Positions 27,577 to 35,213 are shown, numbered from the stretch's first letter. The stretch: DNA of 64,000 nucleotides from Anaerolineales bacterium (GCA_025808555.1 CP075526.1:558387-622386), one strand, 5' to 3'. Notes: generated from the letters alone by a model not told the origin. Program-made: numbers and translations.

Positions 27577-28632
27577 ATGAAGAAAAACACTCTGCTTAAA
27601 CTTGCCCTGTTGGGCCTGCTGAGCCTCGCCTTGAGCGCCTGTGGCACTGTGCCACCGCTGTCCTGGCCTGGCATCCATGTAGATGAGGCCAGCGGCCGCG
27701 CATACGTGGCTTATCAGAACCAAGTCACCGCCTTGAACAGCCAGACTGGCGCTTCGGTTTGGCAGTACCCCGCCGATCGCGACAATGGCTTCACGGCCTT
27801 TGCCGAACCTGCTCTGGGCGACGGCCAATTATTCTTTGGCAGCTACAACCACAACTTCTACGCGGTGACCCCTGGCAACGGGGCGCTGGAGTGGAGCTAC
27901 GAAGGCCCCGCAGGCCAGTTCATCGCCAGCCCGCTGGTGGATGGCGAGCGCATCTATGCACCCAACGCCGACCACACGCTGTACACCTTCGACCATGCCG
28001 GCGCGCTGCTGTGGACCTTTACGACAAGCCATCCGCAATGGGGCAAGCCCGCTCTGGGCGACGGCGTAGTGTATATCAGCTCGCTCAACCATTTCCTCTA
28101 TGCGCTGGATGCTGAAAGCGGCCAGGTGTTGTGGACGCTGGACACCGGCGGCACGCTGGCCGCCGGCCCGCTGCTGCACGAGGGCGTGCTGTACATCGGC
28201 AGCTTCAACAGTGAAGTGCTGGCGGTGGACGCGGCCGGCGGCGAAGTGCTATGGCGCGTGCCAACGGATGGCTGGGTTTGGGGCACCCCCGCCCTGTACG
28301 AAGGCCAGCTGCTGGTGGGTGACCTGAATGGCTTCCTGTATTCGCTGGATCCGGCCAGCGGCAGCCAAAACTGGACGCTGGAAACCGGCAGCTCCATCAC
28401 GGGCACTCCACTGGGCTTGAACGAGCATATCTACGTCATCAACGAGGCCGGGAGTGTGATTTCGGTTGATCTTGACGGCAGCATTGTCTGGAATCAGGAC
28501 TTTGGCACCGAGCTGTACGGCTCCGCCGTGGCAGCTGGTGACCTGATCCTGGTGGGCCAGCACAACAACACCACCACCGTGGTGGCCGTGAACGAGAGCG
28601 GCTCCCGCGTATGGACCTTTCCGCAACAGTAA
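27577..28632 (+). CDS. PQQ-like beta-propeller repeat lipoprotein (BamB/YfgL-like fold)
   Basis: Start MKKNTLLKLALLGLLSLALSAC with a lipobox. At least six repeats of the form LY.LD...G...W. Confidence 0.8.
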   Translation: MKKNTLLKLALLGLLSLALSACGTVPPLSWPGIHVDEASGRAYVAYQNQVTALNSQTGASVWQYPADRDNGFTAFAEPALGDGQLFFGSYNHNFYAVTPGNGALEWSYEGPAGQFIASPLVDGERIYAPNADHTLYTFDHAGALLWTFTTSHPQWGKPALGDGVVYISSLNHFLYALDAESGQVLWTLDTGGTLAAGPLLHEGVLYIGSFNSEVLAVDAAGGEVLWRVPTDGWVWGTPALYEGQLLVGDLNGFLYSLDPASGSQNWTLETGSSITGTPLGLNEHIYVINEAGSVISVDLDGSIVWNQDFGTELYGSAVAAGDLILVGQHNNTTTVVAVNESGSRVWTFPQQ

Positions 28633-28645
28633 TTAAAGGACAGCC

Positions 28646-29401
28646 ATGTTAGACATCATCATTGTCCCGTTTACCAATGTTCTTGTGTTTCTGTATGACA
28701 TTCTGGGCCAGAACTTTGGCCTGGCGATCATTGTCTTCACCCTGCTGATCAAGCTGCTCACCTACCCTCTGTCGGTATCGCAGCTCAAGAGCGCCCGCAT
28801 GACGCAGGAACTGCAGAATGACCCGCGCTGGAAGCAGATCCAGACCAAGTACAAGGACAACCGCGAGAAGCTGGCCCAGGAACAGATGAAGTTCTACCAG
28901 GAGAAGGGCATCAGCCCATTCAGCTCCTGCCTGCCGATGCTGATCCAGTTCCCCCTGCTGATCGCCATGTACTGGTCCATCCAGCGCTCGCTGGCGGCCA
29001 CGCCGCTGGCCCTGCTGGACTTTGCACGCGGCATCGCCCTGCCCAATGCGGCTGAATTGCTGCCGCTGAACAGCAGCTTCCTGTGGATGGACCTGTCGCA
29101 GCCGGAGCGCTTGCACCTGGCTTTTCTGCCGTTCGCCATCCCGGTCCTGACCATCGTCGTGGTGGTCACCACCTGGCTGCAAAGCAAGATGATGACCCCT
29201 GCCTCCACCAACCCCAACGACCAGAGCGCGCAGATGGCTCGTTCCATGAGCCTGACCATGCCATTGATGATGGGTTACATCTCGATGGTGTTCCCTTCCG
29301 GTCTCTCCATCTACTATGTGATCAGCAACCTGTTTGGCATTGCTCAGGCCTGGCTGATGCGCCGCCAGCCAGCCAGCGCGGCTGCGCCGGCCAGCAAGTA
29401 A
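28646..29401 (+). CDS. yidC: membrane protein insertase YidC (short, Oxa1-like form)
   Basis: GLAIIVFTLLIKLLTYPL...KMKFYQEKGISPFSSCLPMLIQFPLLIAMY. Confidence 0.9.
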   Translation: MLDIIIVPFTNVLVFLYDILGQNFGLAIIVFTLLIKLLTYPLSVSQLKSARMTQELQNDPRWKQIQTKYKDNREKLAQEQMKFYQEKGISPFSSCLPMLIQFPLLIAMYWSIQRSLAATPLALLDFARGIALPNAAELLPLNSSFLWMDLSQPERLHLAFLPFAIPVLTIVVVVTTWLQSKMMTPASTNPNDQSAQMARSMSLTMPLMMGYISMVFPSGLSIYYVISNLFGIAQAWLMRRQPASAAAPASK

Positions 29402-29425
29402 GTTAGAATTCCGGCAAGGTATCGC

Positions 29426-30160
29426 ATGGAACATCGCACAAGTCTGGAAGTCATTGCCCCCACCGTGCACGAAGCCATTGAAAAAGGTTTGGTGGAACTG
29501 GGGCTTGAGGACACACAGGTAGACGTTGAGGTTTTGGACGAAGGCGGCACAGGCTTTTTGGGCCTGGGCGGCCGCCAAGCCCGTGTGCGCCTGATCGTCA
29601 AAGAAGGGCTGGCAAAGCCCGCCGCTGCAGCCACTCCGAAACGCAGCCGCCCTGCCGCCGAACCCAGCGCTCCGCTGACCGAAGCGGAAACCGAGAACTT
29701 GCTGGCAATTACCCGGGCCACAGTGCTGACCCTGCTGGAGCACATGAGTGTGCGCGCCGAGGTCAGCACGAGCCTGGGCGAACCAGACGAGCCGGATATG
29801 GCCCCGCCGGTGCTGGTGGATGTAGAGGGTGGCGACCTTAGCTTTCTGATCGGCCGCCATGCTGAAACCCTGAGCGCACTGCAACTGATCACGCGCCTGA
29901 TTGTCGGCAAAGAAGTTGGCCGGGCAGCCCACATCATCATTGATGTGGCCGGCTACCGCCAACGCCGCGACGAGAATCTGCGCAAACTGGCCAACAAGAT
30001 GGCCAAGCAGGCCGTCTCAACCGGGCGCCGTCAGACGCTGGAGCCGATGTCGCCCTCCGAGCGGCGCATCATTCACCTGGAGCTGCGCGACAGCGCCGAG
30101 GTGACCACAGAGAGCACGGGCGAAGAGCCGCGCCGCAAAGTCGTCATCATTCCGAAGTAG
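29426..30160 (+). CDS. jag: Jag/KhpB RNA-binding protein (KH + R3H)
   Basis: N-terminal Jag_N-like segment and a C-terminal R3H (EPMSPSERRIIHLEL). Located downstream of yidC. Confidence 0.85.
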   Translation: MEHRTSLEVIAPTVHEAIEKGLVELGLEDTQVDVEVLDEGGTGFLGLGGRQARVRLIVKEGLAKPAAAATPKRSRPAAEPSAPLTEAETENLLAITRATVLTLLEHMSVRAEVSTSLGEPDEPDMAPPVLVDVEGGDLSFLIGRHAETLSALQLITRLIVGKEVGRAAHIIIDVAGYRQRRDENLRKLANKMAKQAVSTGRRQTLEPMSPSERRIIHLELRDSAEVTTESTGEEPRRKVVIIPK

Positions 30161-30178
30161 CCCCTTCTTTTACTCAAC

Positions 30179-30211
30179 AAAAAAAGCGCATGCATACGCA
30201 TGCGCTTTTTT
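30179..30211. terminator. intrinsic terminator (jag; usable from both strands)
   Basis: AAAAAAA-AGCGCATGC-atac-GCATGCGCT-TTTTTT. Confidence 0.8.
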
Positions 30212-30334
30212 GTTTCCAGAATCGCTGACACAGATTCGAATACCTATGACAGAACCATTGGTCAAAAACTGACCTACTGTTGAAGCAACTCCATGCAGTA
30301 CAAATGCTTGTCCTACTTTAACAACTGAATAGAT

Positions 30335-32632
30335 CTACTGACTCGGCCACAACAAACGTATCTGGGTTCCTTCACCGAGCTTTGAGTCAATGTAAAGATA
30401 GGCGCCAATCACGGCGGCGCGTTCATTCATGCCGGCCAGGCCATAGTGCCGGGCCGCCAGCAACTCTGTCAGGCTTGTGCCGTGTATGTCAAAGCCTGAT
30501 CCGTCGTCTTCGATCAGCAAGTCGATCGCGTTGGCGCTCAATTGGCCGCTGATGTTGATCGTCTCCGGCTTGCCGTGCTCTATGGCGTTGTCAATCGCCT
30601 GTTGCACGATGCGGTACGCATGTTCAGCCACATGACCATCGAACATGACCTGGCTTTCGGGCAGCATCAGCGAGACCTGCACCTGTCCGTTCAGCCGGCT
30701 GGTCAGCTCATCCGTAAGCTCAACCAATGCGCGATACAAGCCAAAATCGAGCATCCCTGGGCGTAAGCGATAAATGAGCCGCCTAACGCCATCGCTGACA
30801 GCCTGGTGCTGTTGGTGCAAAGCCTCGCGATCTCCCTGGCCAGCGAGCAGGGCCATGCGGTCAATGCCGGTTAGCACGTCATCATGCAGCTCACGCGCCA
30901 AGTAGGCGCGGCTCTCCTCTTGCTGGTCAATGTCACGTTGGTAGAGCGCACGCAGCATGTCGGCCTGGTGGATGTTGACCAAGGCGATCGCCATCTGGTC
31001 AGCCAAAGAATGGAGCAAATTGGTTTCGGAATACGAATAGTAGTCATCCGGATCCTTGCGGCCCAATAGCCACAAGCCAACCGTGTCGGCGCCAGCCCTA
31101 ACGGGAATGGCCAGTTGCACCCAGTCAGAACGGTGTTCCAATGCATCCGCGGTATGTGGGCCGATGGCCATCAGTTTTTGCTGAGTTTCTTCCCCAGGCA
31201 CTTGCTGGGCCGTGACGCCCTGTGCATAGATCAGTTGGCGCCCAGGTGTTCGAGCATCAAATTGCAGCAGGGCTGATTGACGGATCAGCAGCGTAGGCAA
31301 TACTTGCTTCTGCAACGTTTGGCCAAGATGCTGGCGGGTGAAACTGGTAGAGATCAGATTGGCAAAACGCTGCTGCAAACCCTCGGGCGGCATGGGGATG
31401 TTGAGAAAGCGGCGCTCGACAAAGCGCTGAAAACGCTCAAAGGCAAAGATGTTGAACAGGGTGACCAGCAAACCGGTAACCAGAATGGCCAGGGCGATCT
31501 CTTGTGGATTCTCAAGCCGCGGGGCAAACGACGACACCAGGATGAGAGTACCTATGAACAAGAGCAACAGGAATAGATAGACCGAGATGAGACGATTGGC
31601 TCGCAGCTCCATGCCGCCCAGCTGGCGGCGATAAACCACATACAAGTAGCCGCCTGGACAGGCCGCCAGCGAGAACACGCCACCCGCGCTTAGCAGCGGC
31701 AGGGGCACCTGGGCTGTGGCTAGTCCAAGAATGAGCGTGGGCAGCAGCGCCAATGCGAAGGAGCCTAACAGCAAACCGACCTCGCGGCGCTCGCCCCGGC
31801 TGGCGAAGAAGCGCACCAGAAGCATCAGGAAGCTGCCCACTACCGCGACGAACAGCGCGTAGGCAAAGGCATTCGGGTCTACACGGTTGAAGGCTTGCAA
31901 TGCCGCGAAACCCATGCCAATGGCATACAAGACGCCCCATACCGCTCTGGGCAGGCGCGGGAATGGCCTTGGAAAGTTCCAGTGCAGATGCAGATACACC
32001 GGCAAGCTGAGCCAGATACCCATGCGGAAGACTTGTGGGCTGTAGAACACAGCAGTGCGCGAGATCGAACCTGCTATCAGCCATACCGCGGTCACATAAG
32101 AAAAAAGCACCAGCAGCCGCCAGCGTACATCCTGCGGGCGTACATGGAAGTAGATGATAGTGCCGGCAACCCAAAAAATATAACTTAGCCACCAGGTGTT
32201 GATAAGCCTGCCCCAAAACTCTGGCAGGTTGAACCCTGGTACTACGATCTGCACTTCTCGTTCTGTGCCGGCTGTACTGACATGCATCTCCACCACATCG
32301 CCAGGGTGCACATCAATAAACCATGGCTTGTGAATACTGTCTCGATACTCAGCGTAGGTGACTCCATTGACCTCCTGAACCATATCGCCCACCGTCAAAG
32401 CGCTTGAAACCTCAGCGGTAAAGAGATCGCTGATCTCGCCGCTGGTGGAATATTGGAACCCCAAATACGGGATAGCAAAGAAGCGCGCATAGGTGTAGAG
32501 CAGCAAGATAAACAGCACCAGGGCCGGCAAGATGAATTGCTTCAGGGGGTGAGCCAATTGATTACGCATAGCTTCAGTCAATGACGCAGGAGGTGATGCC
32601 CATCGAAAACCAGCAATGAACGCCAGTAGCAA
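30335..32632 (-). CDS. polytopic sensor histidine kinase, HisKA_3 type (ComP-like architecture)
   Basis: 765 aa with about 8-10 N-terminal TM segments and a beta-rich extracytoplasmic loop. GAF-like region. H-box ARELHDDVLTG, N-box QAIDNAIEHG, G-boxes EDDGSGF and GLAGMNERA. Start is ambiguous: TTG at 32632 or ATG at 32569. Confidence 0.85.
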   Translation of the reverse strand: MLLAFIAGFRWASPPASLTEAMRNQLAHPLKQFILPALVLFILLLYTYARFFAIPYLGFQYSTSGEISDLFTAEVSSALTVGDMVQEVNGVTYAEYRDSIHKPWFIDVHPGDVVEMHVSTAGTEREVQIVVPGFNLPEFWGRLINTWWLSYIFWVAGTIIYFHVRPQDVRWRLLVLFSYVTAVWLIAGSISRTAVFYSPQVFRMGIWLSLPVYLHLHWNFPRPFPRLPRAVWGVLYAIGMGFAALQAFNRVDPNAFAYALFVAVVGSFLMLLVRFFASRGERREVGLLLGSFALALLPTLILGLATAQVPLPLLSAGGVFSLAACPGGYLYVVYRRQLGGMELRANRLISVYLFLLLLFIGTLILVSSFAPRLENPQEIALAILVTGLLVTLFNIFAFERFQRFVERRFLNIPMPPEGLQQRFANLISTSFTRQHLGQTLQKQVLPTLLIRQSALLQFDARTPGRQLIYAQGVTAQQVPGEETQQKLMAIGPHTADALEHRSDWVQLAIPVRAGADTVGLWLLGRKDPDDYYSYSETNLLHSLADQMAIALVNIHQADMLRALYQRDIDQQEESRAYLARELHDDVLTGIDRMALLAGQGDREALHQQHQAVSDGVRRLIYRLRPGMLDFGLYRALVELTDELTSRLNGQVQVSLMLPESQVMFDGHVAEHAYRIVQQAIDNAIEHGKPETINISGQLSANAIDLLIEDDGSGFDIHGTSLTELLAARHYGLAGMNERAAVIGAYLYIDSKLGEGTQIRLLWPSQ

Positions 32633-32667
32633 AACCCCATTTTGTTCACTTTGAAAGGAAAACTACG

Positions 32668-32817
32668 ATGTCTATGCAAGCATTTTACACAAACATTGCC
32701 GCCAATACGGTGGCTGAGCAGCTGCAAGGCCTGCTGCGCATCACCAAGGCCAGCCTGGAGCAAGTGCAGGCCGTGCGTAGCGAGCTCGCCTGGGACACCT
32801 GGGGCGAAGCCAAGTAA
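32668..32817 (+). CDS. 49-aa small peptide, candidate ComX-like pheromone precursor
   Basis: Below the ORF-track cutoff. AAAGGA lies 8 nt upstream of the ATG. MSMQAFYTNIAANTVAEQLQGLLRITKASLEQVQAVRSELAWDTWGEAK. Codons are GC3-rich after the first ten. A strong hairpin follows, then the prenyl-synthase-like gene. Confidence 0.5.
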   Translation: MSMQAFYTNIAANTVAEQLQGLLRITKASLEQVQAVRSELAWDTWGEAK

Positions 32818-32824
32818 GTAGGAC

Positions 32825-32856
32825 CAGGGGCCGGCCACATAAGTGGCCGGCCCCTG
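32825..32856 (+). other. 14-bp GC-rich hairpin between the peptide ORF and the enzyme gene (no U-tract)
   Basis: CAGGGGCCGGCCAC-ataa-GTGGCCGGCCCCTG starts 8 nt after the peptide stop. AGGAGG and the next ATG follow it. Confidence 0.6.
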
Positions 32857-32877
32857 ACACTATCAGGAGGAAAGACG

Positions 32878-33831
32878 ATGAGTATCTATCATTCTGCTAT
32901 TGAATTGCTTCTCGAACAACCTCAGGTAGCGGAATGGCCGCTGCTGCAGCGCGTGGTGCGCCAGGCCACCGGCAAGCCGCCGGTGGCCTGGGACTTCCCG
33001 ATCGCCGGCTGCGTGGCGTCGGGGGCCGCCGAGCAGCAAGCGATACCTGCCGTGGCCGCCATCACCTGCGTCCACATTGCCATCATCCTGATCGACGACA
33101 TTCTGGACGAGGATCCGCGCGGCGAGCACAACCAACTCGGCGCTGGCCGCGCCGCCAACCTGGCAGCCGGCCTGGGCAGCCTGGGTCAGTACATGCTGGA
33201 AACGTACCCGTGCCAGCACCCGCACCTGGCCACAGCGTCCCTCAACCAGATGATGGGCAACACCGCTTATGGGCAAGACCTGGATGTGCAGAACAACCAC
33301 AGCGAAGAGGGTTACTGGGCCGTAGCACGCGCCAAGAGCTCACCCTATTTTGCTGCAGCGCTAACCCTGGGCGGATTGTACGGCGGCGCGGACCCTGGAT
33401 TGGCCGAGCAGCTACGCCAGTTCGGCGCCCTGTTCGGCGAGGTGATGCAAATTCACGATGATCTGAATGACTGTCTGGCAGAGCCGGCCAATGTGGACTG
33501 GCTGCAGGGCCGCGCCCCGTTGCCGCTACTGTTCGCTGAGCTGGTTCCCCACCCTGCTCGCAAGCGCTTTGTGGAACTGCGCGGCCAGGTGGCCCAGCCA
33601 GATGCTTTGCGCGAGGCGCAAAGCATTCTGGTGAGCAGCGGCGCGATCAGCTATTGCGTGAATGAGCTTGTGACCCGCCACCAACGCTTGCAAGCGATGC
33701 TGGACAAGATGCCGCTGGTTGAGCCGCGACTGCTTCAGCAAATCCTGGACCATGCCATTGCGCCGGTAGAGCACTTGTTTGCCTCAGTGGGGACAAGCTT
33801 CAACCCGGGTACAGATCGTCCATCGGCGTGA
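32878..33831 (+). CDS. divergent polyprenyl-synthetase-fold protein (ComQ-like isoprenyl transferase candidate)
   Basis: 317 aa with two Asp-rich motifs, IDDILDED and IHDDLND, and GQDLD between them. I could not find the canonical GGKRxR, the RRG after motif 1, or the GK...GK.T after motif 2. Confidence 0.7.
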   Translation: MSIYHSAIELLLEQPQVAEWPLLQRVVRQATGKPPVAWDFPIAGCVASGAAEQQAIPAVAAITCVHIAIILIDDILDEDPRGEHNQLGAGRAANLAAGLGSLGQYMLETYPCQHPHLATASLNQMMGNTAYGQDLDVQNNHSEEGYWAVARAKSSPYFAAALTLGGLYGGADPGLAEQLRQFGALFGEVMQIHDDLNDCLAEPANVDWLQGRAPLPLLFAELVPHPARKRFVELRGQVAQPDALREAQSILVSSGAISYCVNELVTRHQRLQAMLDKMPLVEPRLLQQILDHAIAPVEHLFASVGTSFNPGTDRPSA

Positions 33832-34504
33832 TGAGCCCAAGCTCGCGCGCTTTCAGCACTGCTGCGGTCATGTTGTTGACGCGCAAGCGCTTGTAGGAGT
33901 TCGAGAGCAGGTTGCGCACCGTGGATGAGCGGATCTTGAGTTGGGTTGCGAGCTGGTCGGTGGACATATCCGGGTTGGCCGCGCACAGCGATAGCACTTC
34001 GCGCTGGCGATCCGTGAGCATCTCTATATCCGCTCTGCTATCTGTTTGAGCCAAAGCCGCCACGGATTGTTTGGACAAATAGGTGCCGCCGGCTGCCACG
34101 GACAGGACGATCTCACCCAGCCGCTCAGAAGCGGCCACATCGGACTTGATGATATATCCACTGGCGCCAGCTTCCATGATGGAGCGGATCAACGTGGGCA
34201 GCTTGTGCCCGGAGATCACCAGAATAGCCATGGCAGTGTGATCCCTACGCAAGCGAGGGATCACACTGAACAGAGGGTAAGGTGCAAGCGTGCCTTGACT
34301 GGCTGGCGCCACCACGTCCAATATCAGCACATCCACCTCGTGCTTTGCCAGCAGCTGATCCAATTCCTCACCATTACGTGCAGAGGCGACCAACTCAATG
34401 TTGGGGTAAGCCGACAAGCGATAGGTGTAACCGTCCACCACCACTGGGTGGTCTTCCAAAACAGCAACACGAATCTTCTTTTCTGAGTTCAAGTGAGTGT
34501 TCAT
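33800..34504 (-). CDS. NarL/LuxR-family response regulator
   Basis: REC domain (IRVAVLEDH...VLILDV) plus a GerE HTH (LTDRQREVLSLCAANPDMSTDQLATQLKIRSSTVRNLLSNSYKRL). GGAGGAGG lies upstream of the ATG. Confidence 0.9.
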   Translation of the reverse strand: MNTHLNSEKKIRVAVLEDHPVVVDGYTYRLSAYPNIELVASARNGEELDQLLAKHEVDVLILDVVAPASQGTLAPYPLFSVIPRLRRDHTAMAILVISGHKLPTLIRSIMEAGASGYIIKSDVAASERLGEIVLSVAAGGTYLSKQSVAALAQTDSRADIEMLTDRQREVLSLCAANPDMSTDQLATQLKIRSSTVRNLLSNSYKRLRVNNMTAAVLKARELGLITPMDDLYPG

Positions 34505-34777
34505 TCTGTGCCCTCCTCCACAGATACCTATCAGTACAAATGCCTATGCCGCTCAAACATGTGTCTATCGCAAACTACGACAATAAGTCGTATAACCAGA
34601 GCCAGTTCTACGTTGCATTTCGCTATTATCTTGCCATCAGCCAGAGGGGTACGGCTGATGGCAATGTTCTTTTTAAACCCCATCCCAAACACGCCACCCT
34701 CTACTTAGCAAGTATCCACTAAAAAACATTATAAGACCCAGCATGGCTGGCGAGCAATAGCCTAAAAGTGCGCATGA

Positions 34778-34783
34778 TAAAAT
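34778..34783 (+). promoter_or_regulatory. candidate extended -10 element for tRNA-Arg
   Basis: TGaTAAAAT lies 45 nt upstream of the tRNA 5' end. No convincing -35 element. Confidence 0.35.
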
Positions 34784-34828
34784 GCGCTCTGCTTGTACCT
34801 GCGCACGCTACTGCGTGCACCTAGGTGC

Positions 34829-34900
34829 GCCCCTATAGCTCAGTGGATAGAGCACTGCCCTCCGGAGGCAGGGGCCTGCGTTCGAATCGCAGTAGGGGCA
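34829..34900 (+). tRNA. tRNA-Arg (anticodon CCG)
   Basis: 72-nt cloverleaf with acceptor GCCCCTA/TAGGGGC, D arm GCTC-AGTGGATA-GAGC, anticodon loop CT-CCG-GA and T arm CTGCG-TTCGAAT-CGCAG. Confidence 0.9.
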
Positions 34901-34936
34901 TACGCCCGCCTGGCGGGCGGGCTTACAGCAGTTCCC

Positions 34937-34962
34937 ACTCGGCTTCGCCGAGTAACGGAACG
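34937..34962. repeat. 26-nt tRNA-associated repeat, copy 2
   Basis: Identical to 10031-10056, 37 nt downstream of tRNA-Arg. The CGTCTGTGT motif recurs at 34979-34987. Confidence 0.7.
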
Positions 34963-35213
34963 TCAGGTTTCCTTAAGCGTCTGTGTCATCACTTACAAGA
35001 TGAAGGTTCCTGCGGACTATGACACCCAGCATGGCTGGGTACAGTTCAAGCGCGGGCGGCTGGAGGCCGATGTAAAAGGGCAAGCATTTGCGCTTGCGCA
35101 TCATTGCCCCTAACTGGCTGGGCATGTACGTTATCAAGCGCTCGCTGAACCGGCATGTGGAGATGTTCGGGCAGCGCGAGCAGCTGAGTATACGTTGGAG
35201 AAATTCAGACAAT

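Noticed and set aside
28649-29962. 437-aa minus-strand ORF
   Set aside because: Antisense shadow of yidC and jag, which have clear family signatures.
32595-32618. Mini-ORF MPIENQQ with a strong GGAGGTG ribosome-binding site in the kinase/peptide divergent region
   Set aside because: It is only 7 codons and overlaps the possible kinase N terminus. It could be a leader peptide, but there is no supporting structure, so it was not called.
34999-35213. Short ORFs (MKVPADYDTQHGWVQFKRGRLEADVKG..., MYVIKRSLNRHVEMFGQREQL...) next to tRNA-Arg, considered as integrase or toxin-antitoxin remnants
   Set aside because: I recognised no family signature. They have no good ribosome-binding sites and fall in three different frames. 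They remain unassigned and could be degraded coding sequence, but I cannot support a call.
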